Positions 1 through 12,981 of a stretch of DNA of 64,000 nucleotides are shown here, one piece after another. The notes beneath the pieces were generated by a model. That model had not been told where the DNA came from. It ran no database searches and worked only from the letters and a program-made list of their open reading frames with translations. This DNA comes from Octopus vulgaris (Eukaryota): the NCBI GenBank assembly GCA_951406725.2, contig OX597822.1, forward strand, positions 110,546,001-110,610,000, given 5' to 3'. A program made the translations under genes and the position numbers. Position 1 is the stretch's first letter. The number at the start of each line of letters is the position of its first letter.

Positions 1-350
1 TACATTACAAACAATATATTGATGACAATCTTGTCATTACTTTCATAATTTGTAAAAGTGCAGGTTGAAATATTGGTTTTCTCCTTCATTGAAAATATAC
101 ATTGAACGCAATATGAGATTAATCTACAGTTTCTGTTCAGTTTTGTCTTAATTCTTAAATCGAACATGGCTTAATGACAGAGAATTCAATATTTAGACCT
201 GGAATGTTCATATGCAAACATGGTAGGATTACCCAGCATTCTCTCACAATACTGCTATAATAATATTTCTATGTATCAAAACTTCTACAATTAAATAATA
301 TTGTCTTGGCAACTTATTTCCGTTGCGTTGTGTATTTCTGGCAATAATAT

Positions 351-426
351 CCCGGTCTGGGAATCGAAACCGCGATCCTATGACCGCGAGTCCGCTGCCC
401 TAACCACTGGGCCATTGCGCCTCCAC
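351..426 (-). mobile_element. tRNA-derived SINE head fragment (same family as 15495-15872, 52275-52648, 59592-59982)
   Basis: Reverse complement GTGGAGGCGCAATGGCCCAGTGGTTAGGGCAGCGGACTCGCGGTCATAGGATCGCGGTTTCGATTCCCAGACCGGG has Pol III A/B-box-like motifs and is near-identical to the heads of the full copies. Confidence 0.85.
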
Positions 427-806
427 CGTCACCAAATACATATCCCAGTAAGGAAACCATTTCAATGAATAAAATATTCAAAAACCGGTAATGAAGTTAA
501 ATATATTGTAAATATTTTAATGCTGTTTATGAATGATGTTGTCATTATACAGTTGTTATTTTCTTGTTTATCCTAAAACCATTCAGGTAGTGAATAATTA
601 TTATGAAGAGTTTTATTTGCATAGAGTTTTAGAAACAATGTACTTCATTTATTCGGAAAATAGCGTGTGGTTCGAGTGTATTTCACTGCTACTTCTAACA
701 TGCCGGACAATCATGTTGAATAAATATTGTATCGATTGATAACTGGTCCCAAAACAACAGCATGCTTCAAAAATATTAGAATTTATTACAAACATTCTAC
801 ATGGTA

Positions 807-1327
807 CCGTAAATCCTCGAGTATAATCCGCATTTTTTCCCCAAAATTTAAAGGTCAAAATCCCTAGTGCGTACTATATACGAGGTTAAAAAAGAAAATT
901 ATTTTCTAAGCAATGTCGGAGTCCCTATTTTGCTGCCCCGCAATGTTTATTCAGATGCATTTTGTGATGTAGGGCGCGAAAATACGTTAAGCTAAGTCTG
1001 AAAGCAACGCAGTCATAAAGGAATCATCCTTAACTTGCAGTAAGCAACATTTATTAAAATAAAAGTATTCAGAACACTGAATAACATGTAACAAACACAA
1101 TTTGCAAACATTTACATTCCCATATAACAGTTAAGAACACCACTATCAGTGTATTGCTCATGCGCGGAAGTGTTTGTTCGACTAGTTACTGCTGGCTTAA
1201 TTATGCACGACTCAAGTTAGAGAAAGGGTGCGTATTATACACAAGGTTTAGGTTTTTCAGAAATATACCCCACTAAAAATCCCCTGCGTATTATACTCAA
1301 GGGCGGATTGTACTCGAAGATTTACGG
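807..1327. mobile_element. Non-autonomous Tc1/mariner-superfamily (Tc2/pogo-like) MITE, 521 bp
   Basis: 25-bp TIRs CCGTAAATCCTCGAGTATAATCCGC / GCGGATTGTACTCGAAGATTTACGG (2 mismatches), TA on both flanks (805-806, 1328-1329), internal subterminal TGCGTA(C/T)TATA repeats. Confidence 0.85.
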
Positions 1328-3247
1328 TATATATTGATATATCGAAAGCGTTCCTTAAGAATATGAAATTTAAATGTCATTTACATTTATTATGAAGAAT
1401 TTCATAAAGTTTACAAAAACTATGAGGACATCTTGTCTGTTACATTCGGAGTTGTTACAACCGATATTTCCTCATAAATGGAAATGATCCACATTCGGAA
1501 AGTGAAAACTAAATACGCTTGAATGTAATATTAGACAACATTTAATTGACCGGTTTCGAGATTTCCCCTGGTTATAAATCACATCATTCGAAAGCAGAAA
1601 ACAACAAAAAGAAAATAAAAATGATTCAGGCAGGTGAATTGCTATTGTGATTGTATGTGTACAACGAATGACTATGCCAAAATAACTACATTGTCAAGAT
1701 CTTTATTATCCATCAGTTCTGAAACCTAACATCATCTCGCTTTTCATTGCATACCCCACGATAACTAATATATTTGACAACAGTAATTTAGAAATTACGC
1801 TACAGAGTTTTATCATTGCAATAAAAACAATATTTCATGTTGAACATCTATTATTACTTGAGGGAATATCACTGTTAATGTCTTCATGTCATCATTGTAT
1901 AGACGTTTTCATTGTGAATATCTTTTTTCGAAATAGTTATGATTGAATTCATTTGAATTCTCTCGATATTACAAGTACTGACATATTGCAACAGAATACC
2001 TGACTCGGTGATAAATACCGAGATTACTACTGCTGACATTATCACCAATCTAACGGTAAATAAATCTATATATCATCTACAATAAATCATTCTATAGGTT
2101 TTATTCATGCCTTAATTCATATGAAAAAATGTTAAAAATTGTTTAGTTCTCGGTAATGCTATTTTCTAAGGTTGATTTCATTCATTATTCTTCCACTACA
2201 AAATTTGAATTATGTAACATCTTATGATGTGTAAAATACATAGATATAATTTTAAGAGAAAGTTTTTAAAAAATTAATTACTTATGTGCGTTCGGGTAAT
2301 TTGCAAATATTTGATTATCTTTTTCTAAGTTAAGGTATCAGGGCATTAGCTTGGAATCGCACGAAGAACCATGATAAGAACATCCAAACAGGTTTTGTAC
2401 TACATTGTAGCTGAACACTTTACGCTACCATAGAAACATCGTGTCTGTATAAAGTAAATCAGTATGACACAACGGAGAATACATCTGGTATCACATCTAC
2501 GTTTTAGATCTGGTGGGATTAATGAATGCGATTACTCCCCGCCAAGAAAGACTTGCTCAAAAACAACATTATGGTATTAGAAATAAATTGTCACACTCAT
2601 TAAATAAATAATTAACAATTTATGCGCCACTCCAGGGTAGAAATAAGACGTTTCGATAAATCTATAAAGAAATGAACGTTAAGGTAGCCTAGAAGCGAAT
2701 TCAGGGAGCATTCTCTCAGTGGTGGAGGTCATCATTGATGATATCAGTGAATCACTGGCCAGTCTCTATTGTTTCACTGGAAGATGTATTCGAATAGGTT
2801 GTGGTCAGGTCACAGCAGATAGCAGCTAACCTGACTCGATAGGTGCATCTGGAATCATGCATTCTCATGCATTTAATAACAAATATATAGATATCTGTTC
2901 ATATTACACTCTCCCCTCCACTTTGACCCTAGACTATATGATATTGTCATTGCATATATTAACTCTATTCTCAATGTAAATTTGGAGGTGTTTGTAAAAT
3001 CACATGAAGCAAAAAAAAAAAATGAAAGAAAGAAAACAAATATTATGGTATATCAATGAAAACATATGTGGGTGCAGCTCTTACGAGCCCAATATAATAT
3101 AATTCGAGAAATACAGTCATATGACTCTCAGTTTCCTAGTCGTAGAAATTTCCCAAGTTTCAAGTAACGATGATAAAGGTTAACCGCCTGATCACGGGCG
3201 CACGCAGTTATATCTGCCGTTGACCAGCATTGATTGTATCGACGAGT

Positions 3248-3585
3248 GTTTCATTTAGTTTCAGCTCACGAGTTGTGGCCATGCTGGAGCACCGCCATTT
3301 GGTGTTGTTACATAATTTTACTTCACGAATGCTTTTTAGCAATTGACATTTGGTGCATGAGAGAGTTTGATGCAGCTGCTCTCATCTGCACCTCGTGCCG
3401 CGAAGTTGGTTCATCTGGGACACCCGACAGGAAGAGGTCCAGCTTTATTTTGAAGACACCTGCATCCACCCCATACAGGTCTCTCAGATCCTTCGGGAGG
3501 ATATTGAAGAGCTGTGGACTTCTAAAGCCCAGGCTATTGCAGTATCTTGTCTTACATCTTGATGGCAAATTTGGAGTCTTTGTTG
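3248..3585 (-). mobile_element. CR1-group LINE, 5'-truncated 3' end
   Basis: ORF 3323-3652 (TPNLPSRCKTRYCNSLGFRSPQLFNILPKDLRDL...AAASNSL) is near-identical to the C-terminus of 47712-48518 and has the same 3' UTR. Confidence 0.9.
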
Positions 3586-4330
3586 ACGTTTCATCTAGCT
3601 GCAGATCGACAATGATTAAAATGGACTTGAGAAAGGCCTTACTGTTACACACTCCCCCTTACTTTTGGCACAAATACGGTATGCAGTCAATATACAATAG
3701 TGTAAGATTCTTCAAAATATATAAAATATATTTAAACCGTTACATTTCAGCTTGGAGAAAAGTTACCTAACAAAATGATGAGATAAGATAATTTAAGACT
3801 TTTCATAAGTCGTACCAACATACCTGATGGTGGTGTGATGACTTGATATAACTATCTTCGAATTAGCACACCTTTTAAAGCACAAAAGATTAAATATTGC
3901 ATAATATTGTCAGAAATATCGATAAATATAAAAATACCTAAAGTGACAGCGAGTGGTTTTAATGAAAGTTCAATAGACCAGACCTTAATTGTAGAGCCGT
4001 CATATTGGCTACAATATTATAGAGAAACATTGCGGCAGAAAGAGATTTTTATCGACAGGAAATCAATATTACTGCATCTCTAAGTAATATTATCCGTAAA
4101 TTTAATCAATTGCGCTGTTCCATGTTAAAATACGATTAGAAAAAAACAAATAAAACAAATCAAAACAAAAAGGAGATCACTTCTACAAAAAATATGGTTC
4201 AAGTCCAATAAGGTATAGCTTAGTATAGGAATAGGATGAACAATTTTCATAATTATATATCATATCTGCGCATATCTTTATATACATGCATACACACATA
4301 TATACTTACATCTCTCTCTCACCCACTCTT

Positions 4331-4389
<59 letters not shown>

Positions 4390-4415
4390 TATGTATAATA
4401 TACATATATATAACG

Positions 4416-4446
<31 letters not shown>

Positions 4447-5077
4447 ATATATATATATATATATATTTGTTGAAATGGAAAGATGAATTATCTTGTTACG
4501 GATTATTCAAAAGTTTAACCGATACCTGGGTAGCAAAAATCACAGCAGAAAAAACACGGTTGGAGTTATGACCATAGGGTGTTGCAACCGTGCGTTGGCG
4601 CGGATAATTGAAGTTTAATATAATTAGTGAATGGAAGAAATGGAGCTGAACGAAGATTCTACAGAAATCATTTTATTACATTCTACACATGTTTCAAAGG
4701 CCACAAATTTCCAAATTCTGATTGAATAAGGATACCATATTGCAGCTTTCTCTTCAGGAAAATCCAGGAATTACGATGTCCAAACAAAACAAAGGCGCAG
4801 CAAGCAACTCGAACAAGAACGCTCCCTAGGAGCCCATGAAGTGGGGTAAACTGTTTCTTAATGCACGTTGAAATCGAGGGGTTGGTGGAGGCCGAAAAAA
4901 AAGTCCGTTGGAATAAATCAAGGTCAGGCCGCGGTCAAATCTGGTAGGTGAGGAAATAATGAAAACAAGGGGTGTGAAGATATTCTGTGTAACCAAAGTT
5001 ATATATATATATCATATCTGCGCATATCTTTATATACATGCATACACACATATATACTTACATCTCTCTCTCACCCA

Positions 5078-5835
<758 letters not shown>

Positions 5836-5855
5836 ATAAAGATGCAGCACGGAAT

Positions 5856-5906
5856 TTTGTCAGTGAACAGGTCACAGTCTCAAAGCGACGAAAATATTTT
5901 GGCAAA
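5856..5906 (+). ncRNA. Minimal type I hammerhead ribozyme motif, G3-C8 core variant
   Basis: TTTGTCA-GTGAACA-G-GTC(acagtctcaaagc)GAC-GAA-AATATT-T-TGGCAAA: stem I TTTGTCA/TGGCAAA, stem II GTC/GAC, palindromic stem III. Confidence 0.6.
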
Positions 5907-6022
5907 CTAAATTTAAATGTTGAAAGGAATCTAACGGTTTTTGTGTGTTTCTTCAATAGCTTATAAACACCTTCCACTTTGCATTTGTTTTCATTCCAGC
6001 ACACAATCTCAGATATATACAT

Positions 6023-6219
6023 GGGGAGAATTCACACAAAAAAAAACAAAAGACGAAGACAGGTGCTTTAGACAACAAACAGATGTATTAGTATAACGCT
6101 CGGGAGGTGAAATTGTCTTTAACGTTTCGAGCCTACGCTCTTCCACAGAAAGGAACAGAGAAAAAACAAGGAGAGAAAATAAAGAATGTGTAGTGGTGAG
6201 CGATCTATCATGACGAATG

Positions 6220-6221
<2 letters not shown>
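6023..6221 (-). mobile_element. Solo Penelope pseudo-LTR/3' terminus carrying a CUGUNGA hammerhead-like motif (6116-6153)
   Basis: Homologous to 25660-25892, which terminates the Penelope-like element at 23334; lies next to (TA)n. Confidence 0.7.
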
Positions 6222-6264
<43 letters not shown>

Positions 6265-6542
6265 AATGAAACATCAAAATATTCTACCGGTTCCCTTCTT
6301 TTACAGCATGACTATATCGTATTAAAACACCTAAAACGGCAGCACATATTGATAAAAATCTATTTTCCTTCTTTTATTCATACGTTTCTCAAGCATTTTG
6401 TTCGTTTTGTCGACTCACGTATATAATATATATGTATATATATATATATTCTTACATATATGTGTGTGTATTATGTTTTAAGTGTTAATATGGCTATATC
6501 TCGTTGAAGTTATATGTAAATGCACACACATAAACACACAAT

Positions 6543-6575
<33 letters not shown>

Positions 6576-7700
6576 TAATTATTAATCAGTGACACCCGTA
6601 GATAGAGGGAACGAGAGTGGGGCAAAAGGAGAGAAAATTTGTTATATAAATCATGGTCTATTCACGATTCAACAAACAGGCTACGCATTATAAACGATAT
6701 ATGGATGTTAACTTATTTCTGAGCTCTAGACTCAATTATGATACAGTAACCTGTTCGGTTCACCGTCTTTTATTCATTGTGTATCTATGACGAACTAGAA
6801 TTATAAAGATAAGCATGATATATGGATCACAAGAAAAAAGGATGTTAGGTAAATATCATTGGGTATATAGAAGTGTACAAATGATTAAAACAAATAATAA
6901 TAATTGGATTTCCTAAAGTGACGTGGAGAATAGATATAGAAACTACAATAAAACAGTGGACTGTATTTATAATAGAACCTATTACAAGCCCTTGGAAGCA
7001 TCACAGCAGAAACTAACATGTATAATACATAAAAGAAAGAGTTACAAGAGAGATTATAGCTTACAATAAATGATTCGCAAAACGTGGGGGAAATAATATA
7101 GAACACAAGGAAGAGATATGCAGAAAGCAGCAAAATCTAAAAAGAAATTGTACACCTGAAGTGTCCATAAAAATAAGAAGCCAAATATATAGCCATAGCG
7201 AGAGTATAACTCTGGACGTCACACCTAACGACAGGTGTAATAAAACATGCATCACAACAAAGCAAAAAGGATGATGATGCGTAGGGCATAAAGAAAAGGA
7301 AAAAAGGAACCATAAAAGAAGAAAAAAAAGAAGATGCAAACAAGGAATTAACATGGATCAACGGAAAACCCTGCCCGAGTTAAACACCAATAATTGCAAA
7401 TATTAACAAAAGATACACGGGGGAAGGCACTTTGAAAAGTTTGAGCGCTTGTTTCATAACAACAAAATATTTGAATCAAGTATTAAAAGATTTTACAGTA
7501 ATATTAACATTGACAAACATAAAATTTGGTGCATGAGTTTCAACGAAAATGTGAACCTGTTGGGAAGGATCATGGAACAAAAGCATACAGCAATTAAGGA
7601 GCACAAAGTATCCGGTAGGGAAAAGGAAAATATATAAATGAAGCACAATAACGTCTCATAAATCAACCATAGGAATGCGTGGAAAAAAAAAACTAATATA

Positions 7701-7871
7701 GGCGTAGGAGTGGCTCTGTGGTAAGTATCTTGCTTACCAGCCACATCCTTCCGGGTTCAGTCCCACTGCGTAGCACCTTGGGCAAGTGTTTTGTACTATA
7801 GCCTCGGGCCGCCCAAAGCCTTGTGAGTGGATTTGGTTGGTGGAATCTGAAAGAAGCTCGTCGTATATATG

Positions 7872-7943
<72 letters not shown>

Positions 7944-8130
7944 TGTATATGACTGTGTGTCTGTGTTTGCCCCCCCTCCCTCCACCAGCATCGCTTGACA
8001 ACCGATGATGGTGTGTTTATGTCCCCGTAACTAGTGGGCTTACAAAGAATAAGTCCTGGGGTCGATTTGCTCTAGTAAAGGCGGTGCTCCAGCATGGCCA
8101 CAGTCAAATGACTGAAACAAGTAATGAGTA
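7701..8130 (+). mobile_element. tRNA-derived SINE with internal (TA)n(TG)n (family A)
   Basis: Head GGCGTAGGAGTGGCT..GTGGTAAG...GGGTTCAGTCCC, tail GGCGGTGCTCCAGCATGGCC-CAGTCAAATGACTG-AAACAAGTAA; many copies in the window. Confidence 0.9.
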
Positions 8131-8195
8131 TAGTGCAACATATAGAAATTAAGGAGAGAATATTAGGAAATTATAACACAGAGGAATTAGACTAA

Positions 8196-8412
8196 TATTG
8201 ATTTCAAATTTTGATACAAGGCCAGCAATTTCGGGGTGCGGGTAAGTCGATTGCATCGATCCCAGTACTCGACTGGTACTTATTTTATTGACCCCGAAAG
8301 GATGAAAGACAAAGTCGACCTCGGCGGAATTTGAACTCAGAACGTGAAGACGGATGAAATGCTGCTAAGCAATTCACCCGCGTTCCTTACGAATCAGCCA
8401 GCCTGCCGCTTT
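8196..8412 (-). mobile_element. SINE family B copy
   Basis: Reverse complement contains GTTCTGAGTTCAAATTCCGCCGAGGTCGACTTTGTCTTTCATCCTTTCGGGGTC, shared with 14912-15142 and the 37-38 kb array. Confidence 0.85.
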
Positions 8413-9043
8413 GAATTAGACTAGTATGAAAAAACTGAAGTGAAATCTAAAAGTATGATAAAAGATATAGTAGTCATATCAGTTGTACATAATACATCAA
8501 CCCCAATGCTTGAATTGTAATACAATGGAATACACTTGTCCCTAAGACAAGAAGGACATGGCCTAAATGTTTCCTTCATTCAAGGTAAAGAGCAAATATA
8601 AAACAGAGACTGAAATGACAACGTGTTCTGAGGAAGAACGAAAAATAGTGCTACGAGTTTTGTAAAAGCTGCAAAACTAAACTAAATATGGGTATATAGA
8701 AATACGATGGAATAGTAATGCGAAGCAAAGCCATTACATGGTTAATATATAAAGCAACTGCAAACAGAGTGAAATTCTATTAGAAAAGTACCCCACAGAG
8801 CTGCAACATTGGCTGAAAAATGCAGAACGTAGAACATAGATTGTGGGGTTCATGCTTACGGCATAGAATGGAAGACTTCCCAAGATATAAGCAAAATACA
8901 TGAAGTAACTGCAGAATATGTGTAGTTTGTTGTTCCATTTTCATTAACTGAAGTCAACGTATTACATTTAGAGATATAATAGAGATGGGGTACTATGTCA
9001 GTCTTATCTAATGTCGATTGGTAGTATAAACATATATTCGAAC

Positions 9044-9524
9044 AATATCAGAGAGGACACAGAAAGTGTGCCTAAAGCCAACTGGAGACGATGATCTCCT
9101 GGGACTAAAAGCTACAGTAACACCCACCCTTAGTGGTTAGACATATTGAGATGGTTAGTATACTTTATGTTGTCGAGCCGTTACTGTTTCCATCTCGTTC
9201 AGAGATTTATTATTGCTTGCAGACAGTTTTTCGAAACCAGTGACGAAAGTTACTGGAAAAAACATTAGATAGATATTTGCAAACAGGTCTCTCTTCATCG
9301 AAAACCGGTGATTACCATACGTTGACAAGAGGCAAATACCTCGAAACTGCAGTCCGTGCGTATCACTTAGGTTTACGAGAGAGGGATGACCTCCCTTTGC
9401 AAATATCATAAGGGCACAGAAAGTGTGCCTAAAGCCAGGTGGAGACGATGATCTCCTGGGGCTAAAAGCTACAGTAACACCCACCCTTAGTGGTTAGCCA
9501 TACTGAGATGGCTAGTATACTTTA
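9044..9524 (+). mobile_element. Retrozyme-like element: about 1.3 units of a 357-bp structured monomer with one hammerhead
   Basis: About 120-bp direct terminal repeat (9044-9167 / 9402-9524, offset 357), internal HHR and multiple hairpins, no ORF. Confidence 0.7.
9318..9358 (+). ncRNA. Type I hammerhead ribozyme, U3-A8 core variant, GUC cleavage triplet
   Basis: TACG-TTGACAA-GAGG(CAAATA)CCTC-GAA-ACTGCAGT-C-CGTG: all three helices formable, stem III palindromic. Confidence 0.8.
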
Positions 9525-9698
9525 CAAAATTATAATACTATGAGATAATCCAACATACAAACTGAGAAGTCAAAGCTAAATGATACTGTAACATCTTTTA
9601 TCCTTCACTCGGCCTAGGATGCTGGGTGTGTCTGGGAAATTGATTGCAACACACATGCAGATTAAAAGTAAATAATAATAATAAGAATGATAATAATG

Positions 9699-9754
<56 letters not shown>

Positions 9755-9758
9755 AATA

Positions 9759-10104
9759 AGTGGGGGAGCATCATAGCCATGTGTTGATAGGGATTCTTTG
9801 GGGTTTGAATAATTCACCTCTGGAAACATGGGTGTTTCATTCAACATCCTTAAACAACCCTTATTCAGGGACCTTTTGAGCAGGATGGGTTACTCGACCT
9901 GAAGAAAATTCTAAGTGGGCCCCACCTGCAAGGTCATGTGCTGCTTATCTTGATATGAGATCACCATGTCGCGCACATACGGTTGTGATGCATGTGCCTA
10001 GTGTAACCTTATCAGACGGGTAGTCATGATGGGTATACTGGTATACTGGGCTTCGTATATTTTACCCCAGTGTCACTTTGATGGCATGAACTGCTCTCTC
10101 ACTC
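9759..10104. mobile_element. Unclassified short interspersed element flanked by (AAT)n on both sides
   Basis: About 345-bp higher-GC block between (AAT)n tracts 9670-9758 and 10105-10146; single copy in this window. Confidence 0.45.
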
Positions 10105-10147
<43 letters not shown>

Positions 10148-10511
10148 TTGCGAAAACCACCGAGAAAGAACATGTACTTTTAACCAATAGACGATTAAAG
10201 TGTCTGTCAAAGAAATGTATAATTTGAAACAGGGACAAGCAGAATGCAGGAAGCTGGAAAGAGGAATACTCCATAAGTGTCGTGTGAATGATTAGTGTCA
10301 GGTACACGAAAATATGAGCAAAATTCCTGATTTTTTTTTTTATAAAACATGTACATCATGCAGAAGATAGCAATGCAAAGGAACTGCACGCCTACAACAT
10401 AGAACATTGTTATTACAACAGAATATAGAAAACAATCTAAAGCCAGAATGCGACTCAGGACCACGTGCCCCCTGTCGGTCAGACAATGAAAACACATTGT
10501 AATAAAAAGGC

Positions 10512-10527
10512 ATACTACTACTACTAT

Positions 10528-10563
<36 letters not shown>

Positions 10564-10578
10564 CAGCACCACCACACC

Positions 10579-10610
<32 letters not shown>

Positions 10611-10754
10611 CACCACCACACCACCACAACTACTACTACTACCACTACTACCACCACCACCACCACCACCACCACCACCACACCACCACACCACCACACC
10701 ACTACTACTACTACTACTACTAATACCACCACCACCACCACCACCACACCACCA

Positions 10755-10796
<42 letters not shown>

Positions 10797-11010
10797 CACC
10801 ACCACCACACCACTACTACTACCACCACCACCACCACCACCACCACAACCACCACCACCACCACACCACCACTATTACTACTACTACCACCACCACCACC
10901 ACCACTACTACTACTGCTGCTACTGCTGCTACTACTAATACTACTACTACTGACAACAACAACAACAACAACAGCATAAACAACCACATCAGCAAGAAGA
11001 AGAAGAAGAA
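10512..11010. repeat. Compound trinucleotide microsatellite (TAC/CAC/TGC/CAA/GAA)
   Basis: Seen directly. Confidence 0.97.
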
Positions 11011-11919
11011 GGATATTAATTACTATTCTCATTATCATCGTCGTCCAGGCCAACCCCTTCCTCATCGCAGTTATTGTCCTCCACGAAAGGGCCATTCCTC
11101 AAGTGTTCCTTTGACTGTGAATCTTCTCGCTCTTCTGCAGACCATAAGCAGCTATATTTAAACGCTTCATATTTTGAGTCGGAAAAGAAAAAGAAAAAAG
11201 AAAAAAATGTGGTTCTCGATAAATTTTATGCCAAAAAAAATATTATAGACTTTACGATTGAATCCTAAATTAGCTTGACGTCATATCTGCCTTTCGAATA
11301 TGCTGCTACCCCCTTATTAAGCCAACTATTATTTCTTACAAAATAAATTAAAGAAAACAAATAAAAGGGGAAAGTAAAAGAAATGGATTCTAGAAAAACG
11401 AATAACGCCTTGAGCATTAATTCAAACTTTGATTGCTTTTAAAGATTTAAATTCTTTGAAGACAATTATACGACCGGAAGCACATCAATGAAATTCAAGT
11501 AACTTCAATGAAATTCCAGAGAATATTGTTTTTCATTCTAACTGGTATAAGAGTCTTAGCATGACAACATATTTTGGATCCTTGCATGTAATTCTTATTG
11601 AATTTTCTATTTTAAAGATTTTATAAATTCCCCGCCCACTTATCCGTGTAATAATAATTTTACAACATTTAATGATAGCAGTGAAGGAAGAAGCTAAAAC
11701 GTAAAACTATTCTGTCTTAAATGGAAAAACTCAATAGAAATAAATTGTAGAGTAGCGTTTAAATTTCAGTTTTATGTTACAGTACATGTTCTAATTTTAG
11801 GACCATTTAACAGAAATGATAATGTCACTTCAATTCCTTGTCAAAGGAATTAGGTAAGGAGATGCGATATTTTATCGTGGAAGAGATTACGTCACACAGC
11901 AGACAATGAATAAATTAAT

Positions 11920-11920
<1 letters not shown>

Positions 11921-11979
<59 letters not shown>

Positions 11980-12170
11980 ACTATCTATCTATCTCTCTAT
12001 CTGACTATCTGACTATTTATCTATATATCTATATATCTATATATCTATGTATCTGTCTATCTATCTATATATCTATCATTCTCTGTCTGCCTGTATGTCT
12101 GTCTATTATCTATCTGTATATCTATCTATCTATCTTTTTATCAATCTATCTTTTTATTTATCTAGGTATC
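11921..12170. repeat. (CTAT)n microsatellite, degenerating distally
   Basis: Seen directly. Confidence 0.95.
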
Positions 12171-12330
12171 TGTGTGTGTATGTGCGTATGTGTGTTCGTG
12201 TTTTTATGTGCGCGCGCGCTTGCGTGACTCTCTGCTTATGTATTCACCGGCTCGTGATGTATTTAGTAATACTGTACGTCTATAGATGTTAACTTGTGAA
12301 GAATGTTTCTATTTGGAAGGCTTTCAACAA

Positions 12331-12375
<45 letters not shown>

Positions 12376-12522
12376 GTGTGTAGGTGTGGATATGCATACA
12401 CCCCACCCACACCCACCCACACACATATATATACATTTATATAATTAGTATTTAGCAGTAGCACCAGATAGAATCAAGGACGGAAAGTTTCGTGCATCAG
12501 CACTTATCACTGACAAACACAC

Positions 12523-12554
<32 letters not shown>

Positions 12555-12585
12555 CCATTCACACACTCACACGTACACACGTATA

Positions 12586-12981
12586 CTCTTTAATCTTTTA
12601 CTTGTTTCAGTCATTTGACTGCGGCCATGCTGGAGCACCGCCTTTAGTTGAGCAACTGGACCCCGGGACTTATTCATGTAAGCCCAGTACTTATTCTATC
12701 GGTCTCTTTTTGGCGAACCGCTAAGTGACGGGGACATAAACACACCAGCATCGGTTGTCAAGCAATGCTAGGGGAACAAACACAGACACACAAACACACA
12801 CATACATATATATATATACGACAGGCTTCTTTCAGTTTCCGTCTACCAAATCCACTCACAAGGCATTGGTCGGCCCGGGGCTACAGCAGAAGACACTTGC
12901 CCAAGATGTCACGCAGTGGGACTGAACCCGGAACAATGTGGTTGGTTAGCAAGCTACTTACCACACAGCCACTCCGGCGCC
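12586..12981 (-). mobile_element. SINE family A, full-length
   Basis: Reverse complement matches 41584-42032 from head to tail. Confidence 0.92.

Larger units (their letters stand above)
7100..9665 (+). mobile_element. Highly decayed R4/Dong-like LINE remnant, interrupted by SINEs and a retrozyme-like unit
   Basis: Fragments such as FHNNKIFESSIKRFYSNIN, W..K.LHG, GFMLTA and CRIC resemble R4-clade ORF segments; ends in an (AAT)n tract. Confidence 0.4.

Noticed and set aside
10207-11095. Poly-Thr/Pro/His/Val ORFs resembling mucin or extensin
   Set aside because: Open in several frames on both strands because of trinucleotide repeats; no unique coding flanks or splice context.
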